DNA of 64,000 bases, taken from positions 43,443-107,442 of the forward strand of contig CAWAUA010000002.1 in the NCBI GenBank assembly GCA_963785175.1. Reading direction: 5' to 3'. A model generated the notes under the pieces. The model had not been told where the DNA came from and made no database searches. It was given only the letters and a program-made list of their open reading frames with translations. Position numbers and translations under genes: made by a program. Shown piece by piece: positions 20,471-28,278 of this stretch. The first letter of the stretch is position 1; each line of letters begins with the position of its first letter. This DNA is from an uncultured Actinomycetes bacterium (GTDB lineage: Bacteria > Actinomycetota > Thermoleophilia > Solirubrobacterales > 70-9).

Positions 20471-20944
20471 TTACGCGGCGCTGCCGATGACGGCGGCGCG
20501 CTTGGGGGCACTGTGGTCGGAGAACTCGACCAGCTCGGCCAGCGTGGTGCCGGCCAGCGCCTTGGTGACGCCGCCCTGCACCCGCATCCACAGCAGCTTC
20601 GTCGAACAGGCCTGGTCGCCGTCTGACTCGTGCGAGCAAAGGACTTTGCCTTCGGGGGCGTCGTGGAAGCACTCCATCGGCGCGATCTGCCCTTCCAGCG
20701 CCTCGACCACCGCGTCCATCCTGATCTCCGCCGCCGGCTTCGCCAGGCGGTAGCCACCGTGGGCACCGCGGGTGGAGGTGACCAAGCCGGCCTTGCGCAG
20801 TTTCGCCACCAGGTGCTCCAGATAGGAGAGCGGCAGGTTCTCCGCTTCGGCGACGGAGCCCAGGCTGACGGGCTGCGAGCCGGGCTGGCGGCCCAGCTCG
20901 ACCATCAGGCGAACTCCGTACTCGGCTTTGGTCGAGAACAGCAT
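20471..20944 (-). CDS. Rrf2-family transcriptional regulator (IscR/SufR-like role)
   Basis: MLFSTKAEYGVRLMVEL...GAHGGYRLAKP Rrf2 HTH, plus three Cys (MECF, VLCSH, QACST) that could bind a cluster. Confidence 0.85.
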   Translation of the reverse strand: MLFSTKAEYGVRLMVELGRQPGSQPVSLGSVAEAENLPLSYLEHLVAKLRKAGLVTSTRGAHGGYRLAKPAAEIRMDAVVEALEGQIAPMECFHDAPEGKVLCSHESDGDQACSTKLLWMRVQGGVTKALAGTTLAELVEFSDHSAPKRAAVIGSAA

Positions 20945-20972
20945 CTGACCTAAATCCTACTGAAGCGGTCGG

Positions 20973-21602
20973 TTATGGCTCGATCAGCCCACGGCGGATC
21001 GCGTAGCGGACCAGCTCGACCCGGTCGCGCATGCCGAGCTTTCGCATCGCGTTGGCGCGGTGGTTCTCGACCGTCTTCTCGGAGAGGTGGAGGACCTCGG
21101 CGATCTGTTTCGTCGTGTGCGCCTCGGCGACCAGCTTGACGATCTCCTCCTCGCGCGGGGTCAGCTCCTCTTCGCCGCTGGAGCCGCGCTCGAGCACGTC
21201 CTTGATTAGCGTCCGCTGCGCCTCGGGGGTGAGGAACGGCTCGCCGCGCTCGACCGCCCGGATCGCCGCCAGCAGGTCGGTGTCGGCCTGCGCCTTCAGC
21301 ACGTAGCCGGAGGCGCCGGCTTTCAGCGCCTCGAACAGGTACCGCTCGTCGTCGTGCATCGAGAGGATCAGGACCGAGACCTCGGGCGCCTGTTTCTTGA
21401 TCTCCCGCGTCGCCTGCAGCCCGGTCAGCTTCGGCATTTTCACGTCGAGGATCGCCAGGTCAGGCCGCTCCCTAACGGCAAGGTCGCGGGCCTCGGCCCC
21501 GTCCCCGGCCTCGGCAACGACCTCGATGTCGGGTTGCCGCTCCAGCAGCAGTCGCAACCCTGAGCGGACGATCCCATGGTCATCGGCAATCAGCACTCTC
21601 AT
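20973..21602 (-). CDS. NarL/LuxR-family response regulator
   Basis: MRVLIADDH receiver, DLAILDVKMP phosphoacceptor region and a C-terminal LuxR HTH (LTPREEEIVKLVAEAHTTKQIA). Confidence 0.9.
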   Translation of the reverse strand: MRVLIADDHGIVRSGLRLLLERQPDIEVVAEAGDGAEARDLAVRERPDLAILDVKMPKLTGLQATREIKKQAPEVSVLILSMHDDERYLFEALKAGASGYVLKAQADTDLLAAIRAVERGEPFLTPEAQRTLIKDVLERGSSGEEELTPREEEIVKLVAEAHTTKQIAEVLHLSEKTVENHRANAMRKLGMRDRVELVRYAIRRGLIEP

Positions 21603-22467
21603 CGCGCCGAGTCTCCCGGCACGCCGAGTCGGACGGTGGTGCCGGCGTCGGGGCGGGACTCGATCGTCAGCTCGCCGCCGACCAGCAGAGCTCGCTCGCG
21701 CATGCCGCCGATCCCGAGGCCGCTCTCGGACTCGTCGAAGGCGAAGCCGCGGCCGTCGTCGGCGACCTCGAGGGCGACGCCGCCGTCCTTGTCGCGCCGC
21801 AGCAGCACTACGACCCGCTTCGCGCCGCTGTGGCGGGCGGCGTTGTTGAGCGCCTCCTGGGCGACCCGGTAGACGACCAGCTGGGCGTCGTCGCCGAGGT
21901 CGGAGAAGTCGCCGTCGACTTCGAGCTTCGCCTCGATCTCGCCGCGGGCGAGCTGCTCGACCTGGCCGCCGATCGCCGCCGCCAGGCCGAGGTCGTCGAG
22001 GGCAGTCGGCCGCAGTTGGCGGGCGAGAGAAAGGAGCTCGGTCATCGCCTGGTTGGCCAGCGCTTTGGTCTCGGCGATTTCGGCTTCGAGCTCCGGCGGC
22101 GCCGCCTCGCGCGCGGCCTCCAGCCGCAGCAGCAGCCCGGTCAGTGACTGGTTCACCTCGTCGTGGAGGTCGCGCGCCACCCGCGCCCGCTCCTCCTCCT
22201 GTGCGTGCAATGCGGCCGAGCCCGCCCGCCGCCGCTCGGCCTCAAGCCGCCGCATCATCCGCAGGAAGGCGAGCTCGATCCGCTCCACCTCCTCGGTCTC
22301 GCCGACCCCGTCGATCGAGACGGGGAGGTGGAGCCGGGGGAGGAAAGGTCGACCTTCTCCATCGCCTCGATCAGGTCCTCGAGCGGCCGCAGCCGCCGCC
22401 GCTCCCGGGTCAGGGCCAGGGACAGCGCGACGACGACCAGCACGAGCCCGATCACCAGCAAGGTCAT
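21599..22467 (-). pseudogene. HisKA_3-type sensor histidine kinase with an apparent 1-nt deletion (frameshift)
   Basis: TM+linker in one frame (track ORF 22255..22467, MTLLVIGLVLVVVAL...EAMEKVDLSS). The rest (LHLPVSIDG...LHDEVNQSL H-box, ATPase) is in the frame of track ORF 21599..22729. The junction is a G5 run at 22336-22340. Confidence 0.75.
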
Positions 22468-22580
22468 GGCGCAAGCCTAGGGGTCTTCCCCGAGCCGGTA
22501 GGGGGATTCCACCTATAGGCGAATCCGCGCTTTCGCCGCATACTTCTCCGACACCCTCGACTCTCAGGAGCGACCACTCG

Positions 22581-23441
22581 ATGACCACCACCAAGCAATC
22601 CACCTGGGGCGCGACCCTGCGGACCACGATCCTGATGGCCTCGCTCGGCGGTCTGCTCGTCGTGATCGGCGCCCTGATCGGCGGCCCCAGCACCGCCGGC
22701 CTCTTCCTTCTCATGGCCCTGGCGATCAACTTCTTCGCCTATTTCTTCAGCGACAAAATGGCGCTGAAAATGAGCCGGGCGCAGCCGATCGAGGAGTCGG
22801 AGGCGCCGCGGCTCTACCAGATCGTCCGCGAACTGACGACGCGTGCCGGCCTGCCGATGCCGCGCCTCTACATGATCCCCCAGGACCAGCCGAACGCCTT
22901 CGCCACCGGCCGCAACCCGAAGCACTCTGCCGTGGCGGTAACCCGCGGGATCACCAAGCTGCTCTCCGAGGACGAGCTGCGCGGCGTCCTCGCCCACGAG
23001 CTCACCCACATCCGCAACCGCGACATCCTGATCCAGTCGGTCGCCTCGGCGATCGGCGCCGCGATCACCTATCTCGCCTACATGCTGATGTGGTTCGGCA
23101 ACGACGACAACTCGCCGCTGAGCCTCGTCTCCGCGCTGGCGATGGTCATCCTCGCTCCGATCGCGGCGAGCATCATCCAGCTCTCGATCTCGCGCCAGCG
23201 CGAGTACGCGGCCGACGCCGGCGGGGCGGAAATCTGCGGCAACCCCGAGTCGCTGGCAAGCGCGTTGCTCCGCCTCGAGCAGGGAGCGGACGCGATGCCG
23301 ATGCAGGTCAACCAGGCGGCCGAGCCCCTCTACATCGTCCGTCCCTTCAAGGGCAAGGGTATCGCCGGCCTCTTCTCGACCCACCCGCCGATCGAGGAGC
23401 GGGTCCGCCGCCTTCGCCAGATGCGCCCCAGCTTCGACTGA
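22581..23441 (+). CDS. htpX: M48-family zinc protease HtpX
   Basis: Start at ATG 22581. HELTHIRNRD (HExxH), four TM segments and a C-terminal STHPPIEERV. Confidence 0.92.
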   Translation: MTTTKQSTWGATLRTTILMASLGGLLVVIGALIGGPSTAGLFLLMALAINFFAYFFSDKMALKMSRAQPIEESEAPRLYQIVRELTTRAGLPMPRLYMIPQDQPNAFATGRNPKHSAVAVTRGITKLLSEDELRGVLAHELTHIRNRDILIQSVASAIGAAITYLAYMLMWFGNDDNSPLSLVSALAMVILAPIAASIIQLSISRQREYAADAGGAEICGNPESLASALLRLEQGADAMPMQVNQAAEPLYIVRPFKGKGIAGLFSTHPPIEERVRRLRQMRPSFD

Positions 23442-23461
23442 CAGCGCACCTTCCCAGCAGC

Positions 23462-23497
23462 AAAACGGCCCCGGAACCCTTATCCGGGGCCGTTTTT
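23462..23497 (+). terminator. intrinsic terminator of htpX
   Basis: AAAACGGCCCCGG (23462-23474) pairs with CCGGGGCCGTTTT (23484-23496), followed by a T tract. Confidence 0.8.
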
Positions 23498-23503
23498 GTG
23501 CGG

Positions 23504-23511
23504 TCAGCGGA
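23504..23511. repeat. left copy of 8-bp target-site duplication TCAGCGGA
   Basis: Identical 8-mer in direct orientation at 28279-28286, immediately outside the terminal inverted repeats. Confidence 0.85.
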
Positions 23512-23531
23512 GGCACTGGGTCAGTTTGAAA
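23512..23531. repeat. left terminal inverted repeat (IRL)
   Basis: GGCACTGGGTCAGTTTGAAA is the exact reverse complement of 28259-28278. The tip fits GGnnnTG. Confidence 0.9.
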
Positions 23532-23642
23532 TGAAGCCCATAAGAGCTTGATTCCGCGCTACCGTCGCCGCCGCAATCGAGAAAGTGGCCCCGGCGAGCG
23601 GTGGAACGCCCCCGGGGCCGTGACAAAGGAGTGTGACCTCCC

Positions 23643-23903
23643 TTGCACGACAAGGCTACGTCAGCGACTACTGAAGGCGACTATGAGGAGGCCGTGCTGC
23701 GGCACGTCCTCAACTGGCAACCGACGATCCTGCGGCTCTGCGACCTGATCCGCGAACTCGCCAGAGACCCCCGCGAGTTCGCCCACCAAGACGCGGTAAG
23801 CGAAGCGGTGCGCGATCTGACGAAAGTCGGCCTGCTCCACCGCCAAGGCGAGTGCGTGCTGCCGACCCCGGCAGCCGTCTATGTCCGGGGGTGGGAGCTT
23901 TGA
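23643..23903 (+). CDS. small winged-helix-like protein (paralogue of 24125..24376)
   Basis: TTG start 12 nt after AAGGAG. LIRELARD...AVRDLTKVGLLHRQGECVLPT parallels ELAREIGG...LELITLGLLESHGSAVRPT in the second copy. Confidence 0.5.
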   Translation: MHDKATSATTEGDYEEAVLRHVLNWQPTILRLCDLIRELARDPREFAHQDAVSEAVRDLTKVGLLHRQGECVLPTPAAVYVRGWEL

Positions 23904-24121
23904 CCACGCAGGCCGTAGCGGCGCAGTTCGGTCGCAACCTCGCCGAGGCTCGCGGCTGGGAGGGGCTTTCTCAGACGCAGCTCGCCCAGCGCATCGCAAA
24001 GAGCCAGGCCGATGTGGCGCGCTGGGAGCTTGGCGAGCGGTGTCCCCGGCTGGATTACGTCGTGAAGCTTGCCGATGCGGTCGGGGTCCAGGTCCGGGAT
24101 CTGCTCTACGGGATCGAGTAG
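23900..24121 (+). CDS. XRE-family HTH transcriptional regulator
   Basis: TTG 23900 overlaps the upstream stop. LSQTQLAQRIAKSQADVARWELGERCPRLDYVVKLADAVGV is a classic Cro/CI-type HTH. Confidence 0.7.
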   Translation: MTTQAVAAQFGRNLAEARGWEGLSQTQLAQRIAKSQADVARWELGERCPRLDYVVKLADAVGVQVRDLLYGIE

Positions 24122-24124
24122 GCG

Positions 24125-24376
24125 ATGGCTCCGAGCGACAAGCGCAAACACTGGCCTGCCCATCGGATTCCCCTCCAGCGTCCGGTAATGGCCTTGGCGC
24201 TGGAGGTCTATCCGCACTGGCGAACGATCCCCGAACTGGCGCGCGAGATCGGCGGCAGCGGGGCGCTCACGCGCGCCACGCTGGAGTTGATCACCCTCGG
24301 CCTGCTCGAAAGCCACGGCTCGGCTGTCCGGCCAACCAAGGCTGTGGCCCACATGGAGCGCCTGAAGCTGCCGTAG
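24125..24376 (+). CDS. small winged-helix-like protein
   Basis: 83 aa with a wHTH-like TIPELAREIGGSGALTRATLELITLGLLESHG. Starts 3 nt after the XRE stop. Confidence 0.55.
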   Translation: MAPSDKRKHWPAHRIPLQRPVMALALEVYPHWRTIPELAREIGGSGALTRATLELITLGLLESHGSAVRPTKAVAHMERLKLP

Positions 24377-24386
24377 GCTCTGAGCA

Positions 24387-24608
24387 ATGGCGAAGCAGTC
24401 AAAGAAGCCCGCCGATCTCAACCGCCTTGCCGCCGCCATCGTTGGCGAGGCGACCGATGAGACGCCGCAGAAGCCGGAGAGCCAGCAGGCGCGCGCTGGA
24501 CGCGCTGGCGGCCAGAAGGGCGGGAAGGTTCGCGCCTCCAGAATGAGCGCCGAGGAACGCTCAGAGTCAGCGAGAAGGGCCGCTAAGGCGCGCTGGAAAG
24601 CCAAATAA
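24387..24608 (+). CDS. small basic protein, unknown function
   Basis: 73 aa, Lys/Arg-rich, ending GGKVRASRMSAEERSESARRAAKARWKAK. Confidence 0.5.
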   Translation: MAKQSKKPADLNRLAAAIVGEATDETPQKPESQQARAGRAGGQKGGKVRASRMSAEERSESARRAAKARWKAK

Positions 24609-24616
24609 GGGCCTGC

Positions 24617-24646
24617 TTGACCCTGTTATAAAAATGGTGTTATATT
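24617..24646 (+). promoter_or_regulatory. sigma70-type promoter, leaderless configuration
   Basis: TTGACC (24617-24622), 18-nt spacer, TATATT (24641-24646), and ATG 24653 only 6 nt downstream. Confidence 0.55.
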
Positions 24647-24652
24647 TTCGGC

Positions 24653-25240
24653 ATGGTCATCACCAAGCGCCACATCGACATTTTCGTCCCTGTCGCCGCT
24701 GGCATCGTCGCGTCTGACGCTAGGGCGATAGAGCGAGTCGAGGAGCGGAAGGGAATCTATGCCGGTCTCGATCCCCAGCCTGCTGCAGTCGCCAGGGCTA
24801 GCGAAAGGCGAGCACTCGTAGCCACGGACATGCGGCGCGATATCGCGCCCGAAGCTGGCTGGACGTTGATCGAAGACAACCTTGCCAATGGCGCATACGA
24901 GTGGCAGGGGCCTCGGGGGGAGTTCATCCGCCTTTCGAAGACCACCCCGGAATCCCGCAAGCTCGAGGCAGCGAAGTCCTTCCAGGGCATTCAGGAGGAG
25001 TTGATCGTGCCCCCGCCGCCGCCAGCTGGTCTGCGCGAAGAAATCCTGATCCGCCTGATGGGCGACCCGCTCAAAGACCCGACCGTTGACATCGTCTGCG
25101 TGGGCAGGAAAGGCGTTCGGTCTGCGGCGGTTTCGCTGGCAGCCATTGCGAAGGCGCAAACCGAGCGATTCCCCGGCAAAGCGCCAGTCAAAACGAGCGT
25201 CACGTTGCCGGGAACCCGCCGCGCCACCGAAACGGGGTAG
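24653..25240 (+). CDS. hypothetical protein (195 aa), no recognisable domain
   Basis: Clean ORF 4 nt upstream of the XRE-ImmA gene. Contains a PPPPP linker. I recognise no motif. Confidence 0.6.
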   Translation: MVITKRHIDIFVPVAAGIVASDARAIERVEERKGIYAGLDPQPAAVARASERRALVATDMRRDIAPEAGWTLIEDNLANGAYEWQGPRGEFIRLSKTTPESRKLEAAKSFQGIQEELIVPPPPPAGLREEILIRLMGDPLKDPTVDIVCVGRKGVRSAAVSLAAIAKAQTERFPGKAPVKTSVTLPGTRRATETG

Positions 25241-25244
25241 TCAC

Positions 25245-26351
25245 ATGCCCGACAGCTTCAACCCATACGCCGTGACCCTTGCGCGGCGCGCTAAGGGCAT
25301 GATGCAGGTGGACCTTGCGAATGCTCTTGGCGTAACGCAGGCTTCCGTGTCCCACTGGGAGAGAGGTCTTCGAGTGCCTGAGCCTGAGGTCTTGAACCGC
25401 CTCGCGGCCGAGCTGGATGTTCTGCCTCTCACTCTTACCGATGAGTCGATCGCTACGACCTCGCCCATGTTCAGGGCGACCGGCGTCAACAAAAAAAAGG
25501 ACGAGCGAAAGATCGAAGGCCGTACCGAGCTTGCACGGGTAGCGGCCGCTCGGATTCTGGAAGAAGTCGACGTTGCCCCCACCCTTGCTTGGCCGTCTGA
25601 GGAAGATCCTCTCGGCGACGATCCCGAAGAGGCCGCTGCCGCACTGCGGCGCGTCTGGCGAATCCCGAGTGGTCCGGTCGCGGACCTCACGACCTATATC
25701 GAGTCGGCTGGCGCGGTCATCCTGCGGGTGAACTTTGGCCATCCCAAAGTCGAAGCTGCATACGCCCACCCTCGCCGAGAGGCTAAGCGGTGGATTCTCA
25801 TGAACACCTTCATGACCGATGCCGCGCGATATCGCCTCAGCCTCGCGCACGAGCTTGGTCATGCCGCGCTACATCATTGGGACGCCTTCAACGTTCCGGA
25901 TGAGCGTGGTCGGGAGGTGCAGGCGTACCGGTTCGCACTCTCGCTGATGGTTCCTGCGGAGGATTTCATCCTCGACATCGCCCATACCCGTCGCAAGTGG
26001 GATGACTTTCTGCGACTACGGGATAAGTGGGGGATCTCTGCCGCCGCGCTGGCACGGCGGGCGCATGACCTCAAGCTTCTGAATGCCTCCGCCTACAAAT
26101 CAATCAACATCGAGCGCCGTTCACGCGGCCACTGGAAACACGAGCCGGGGGGAGAACAGTCAGTCGAGCAGCCCAGCATTTTCCCTGAAGCGGTCTCTGT
26201 TTTGCGGGGCCAGGCGGGATGGACCGATAAGCAGTTCTCGGAGGTCGCCGGCCTGCCGCTTAAACAGTTGGCCGACCTCCTCCCCGAAAACTTCACGGCC
26301 GAGGCCGAGGCTGAGCCGCCGCGTCGGGTGACGCTGCGCGTCGTCAGATAG
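25245..26351 (+). CDS. fused XRE HTH / ImmA-IrrE (COG2856, DUF955) zinc metallopeptidase
   Basis: N-terminal MMQVDLANALGVTQASVSHWERG HTH, central LSLAHELGHAALHH (HExxH) and downstream LSLMVPAEDF, typical of ImmA/IrrE. Confidence 0.8.
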   Translation: MPDSFNPYAVTLARRAKGMMQVDLANALGVTQASVSHWERGLRVPEPEVLNRLAAELDVLPLTLTDESIATTSPMFRATGVNKKKDERKIEGRTELARVAAARILEEVDVAPTLAWPSEEDPLGDDPEEAAAALRRVWRIPSGPVADLTTYIESAGAVILRVNFGHPKVEAAYAHPRREAKRWILMNTFMTDAARYRLSLAHELGHAALHHWDAFNVPDERGREVQAYRFALSLMVPAEDFILDIAHTRRKWDDFLRLRDKWGISAAALARRAHDLKLLNASAYKSINIERRSRGHWKHEPGGEQSVEQPSIFPEAVSVLRGQAGWTDKQFSEVAGLPLKQLADLLPENFTAEAEAEPPRRVTLRVVR

Positions 26352-26423
26352 ATCGTCGGTATTGATTCTGCCCGGTAGGTCCATCCTGTTTTTCCGTCTG
26401 ATCGCTTACGCATAATGGTCAGA

Positions 26424-27260
26424 ATGAACAGGCTGAGCACCGAGAAGCGGGCGCAGATCATCGGCTGCCTAGTTGAGGGCAACAGCATCCGCGCCACCGT
26501 CCGAATGACCGGCGCGGCCAAGAACACCATCGTCAAGCTCCTGGCCGACCTTGGCGAAGCCTGTGCTGAGTATCAGGACGGTGTCTTCCAAGACCTCCCC
26601 TGCTCGGTGGTGGAGGCTGACGAGATCTGGAGCTACTGCTACGCGAAGGCCAAGAACGTGCCCGAGCAGTTCAAAGGGACGCCGGGCTACGGCGACGTAT
26701 GGACCTTCACGGCGATCTGCGCGGATACCAAGCTGGTCCCCTCTTGGCTGGTCGGCGAGCGCACCAAATACGACGCGACCTACTTCCTCGAAGACCTGGC
26801 GAGCCGGATGGCCGGTCGCATCCAGCTATCGACGGACGGGCACTCGATGTATGAATCGTCGGTGCGGCAGGCGTTCGGCGTCGATGTTGATTGGGCCGTG
26901 ATCCAGAAGAACTACGCCTCAGACCCGAGCCAAGGTGGCAAATACAGCCCTCCTGTCTGCACCGGGACCAAGCGGCGGGCTATGAAGGGAGATCCCGACC
27001 CCGACCGGATCTCAACCAGCTACGTGGAGCGCCAGAACTTGACCATGCGAATCGGGATGCGGCGCTTCACTCGGCTGACGAACGGATTCTCGAAAAAGGT
27101 TGAGAACTTGTCGCATGCCGTCTCCCTCCACTTCATGCACTACAACTTTGCCCGGCCTCACAGGACGCTGAAGGAGCGCTACCCGCGCACGCCTGCGATG
27201 GCGGCGGGGGTCACCGATCACATCTGGTCGCTGGAGGAGATCGCGGCCTTGCTCGATTGA
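26424..27260 (+). CDS. IS1-family-like DDE transposase (single ORF)
   Basis: MNRLSTEKRAQIIGCLVEGNSIRATVRMTG HTH. DDE candidates are in VEADEIWSY, LSTDGHSMY and SYVERQNLTMR. Track start is 26415; ATG 26424 sits 7 nt after CATAAT. Confidence 0.85.
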   Translation: MNRLSTEKRAQIIGCLVEGNSIRATVRMTGAAKNTIVKLLADLGEACAEYQDGVFQDLPCSVVEADEIWSYCYAKAKNVPEQFKGTPGYGDVWTFTAICADTKLVPSWLVGERTKYDATYFLEDLASRMAGRIQLSTDGHSMYESSVRQAFGVDVDWAVIQKNYASDPSQGGKYSPPVCTGTKRRAMKGDPDPDRISTSYVERQNLTMRIGMRRFTRLTNGFSKKVENLSHAVSLHFMHYNFARPHRTLKERYPRTPAMAAGVTDHIWSLEEIAALLD

Positions 27261-27319
27261 TGAATGCCTTGCGCGTATCAAGGCAGATATCGTCTTGTGC
27301 CTAGCTCGGGAGGGCACTG

Positions 27320-28045
27320 GTGCTGTTCTTTATTGATGAGTCCTGGCAAAAAGTCGCTGGTCGAGAAATCGGTGCCCTCGGTGGGGTAGTGATCCCCGAG
27401 CCTCGATACAACAACTTTTGTCGTGAAGTTTTCGCCTTTAAGCGCGATGTTCTCGGTGCGACAGAGCTAATGGACAGCGAGCTGAAGGGCAATTCGTGCT
27501 TTGCCAAGAGCGCATTTCGGAAGCGAGATGCAACGGGGCGATCCAGGCTGCTCGAAAGCGCAGACAAGATGATCAAGTCCATCCAGACGCACAAAGGGAA
27601 AGTCTTCCTGATTTGGACCCACGATCCCACGCTATCTCTGCTCAACAATCCCAACTCCCGCGAACTGTCAAAGCCCTATAAGCAGCTTCTTTTTGACATG
27701 CGCGCATGGATGCGGGCCGAGGCTCCGAAAAACCGCGGAGCGCTGACCTTCGATCAGCGTCAGCATCGAGACGATGAGGCTGCCGCGTGCGCCATAAGCA
27801 ATTACCTCTTCCGCGCGCGCGGCGATTGGGCTAAGAGGTTCACGCAGATACCTAACTTCACGGCAAGCTCGATTAGCCCTGGACTCCAAGCCGCAGACCT
27901 AATGGTCTATCTGGGTCCCCACCTTGCCGATTCGACTGAGCGACCAGAGCTAGCGCCCTATGTTGAGCAAATGAAGGACATGGCATATGAGTTTCGAAGC
28001 GGCCGACAGCAACGCCGCCACAGGAGCGTGCGTCGAGTCGGCTGA
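27320..28045 (+). CDS. DUF3800-like protein
   Basis: GTG start. The N-terminal LFFIDESW matches the (Y/F)IDESG signature I associate with DUF3800. 241 aa. Confidence 0.55.
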   Translation: MLFFIDESWQKVAGREIGALGGVVIPEPRYNNFCREVFAFKRDVLGATELMDSELKGNSCFAKSAFRKRDATGRSRLLESADKMIKSIQTHKGKVFLIWTHDPTLSLLNNPNSRELSKPYKQLLFDMRAWMRAEAPKNRGALTFDQRQHRDDEAAACAISNYLFRARGDWAKRFTQIPNFTASSISPGLQAADLMVYLGPHLADSTERPELAPYVEQMKDMAYEFRSGRQQRRHRSVRRVG

Positions 28046-28258
28046 AGAGGAAAGGGGCCGGCGAGCTGAAGCTCTATGACGCCGTTAAGAGCGGCGTACC
28101 GACCCCTTGTGGTACGGCAAGATATCACTGGAGTTGATTCCGCGTATTAACGCGATGACCCTTGAGATGAGCCCCTGCAAATCGGCCTTTTATCGCTTCC
28201 GGGGTCCCTTCTCGGGGATCAATCGGGCGGGAGTTTCCCATTAGCTCAAGAGCCAAGT

Positions 28259-28278
28259 TTTCAAACTGACCCAGTGCC
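28259..28278. repeat. right terminal inverted repeat (IRR)
   Basis: TTTCAAACTGACCCAGTGCC is the exact reverse complement of IRL. Confidence 0.9.

Larger units (their letters stand above)
23512..28278 (+). mobile_element. 4767-bp IS1-family-type transposon carrying passenger genes
   Basis: Perfect 20-bp terminal inverted repeats (GGCACTGGGTCAGTTTGAAA), 8-bp direct repeats outside them, one DDE transposase inside, and lower GC than the flanks. Confidence 0.85.

Noticed and set aside
23548-23558. 11-nt direct repeat TTGATTCCGCG near both transposon ends (23548-23558 and 28134-28144), considered as subterminal transposase-binding sites.
   Set aside because: Hundreds of 11-mer coincidences are expected among all position pairs in a 64-kb window. 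The two copies are at very different distances from their ends (17 nt versus 115 nt) and are in direct rather than inverted orientation.
23548-23748. 66-aa ORF (MIPRYRRRRNRE...) at the left end of the transposon.
   Set aside because: It is Arg/Cys-rich and low-complexity, has no ribosome site, and overlaps the better-supported wHTH gene start region.
26352-27319. Search for separate inverted repeats immediately flanking the transposase gene, which would make it an independent IS nested in older cargo.
   Set aside because: I found only a loose CAGATAGATCGTC / CAGATATCGTC direct similarity and no convincing inverted repeat. The outer 20-bp IRs with the 8-bp duplication explain the element better.
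27313-27320. GGCACTGG, the first 8 nt of the transposon IRL, recurs in the same orientation just before the DUF3800-like gene. This hints at a nested 966-bp sub-element (27313-28278).
   Set aside because: Only 13 of 20 positions match the IR beyond the 8-mer. An 8-mer is expected about once per strand in 64 kb by chance, and there is no flanking duplication.
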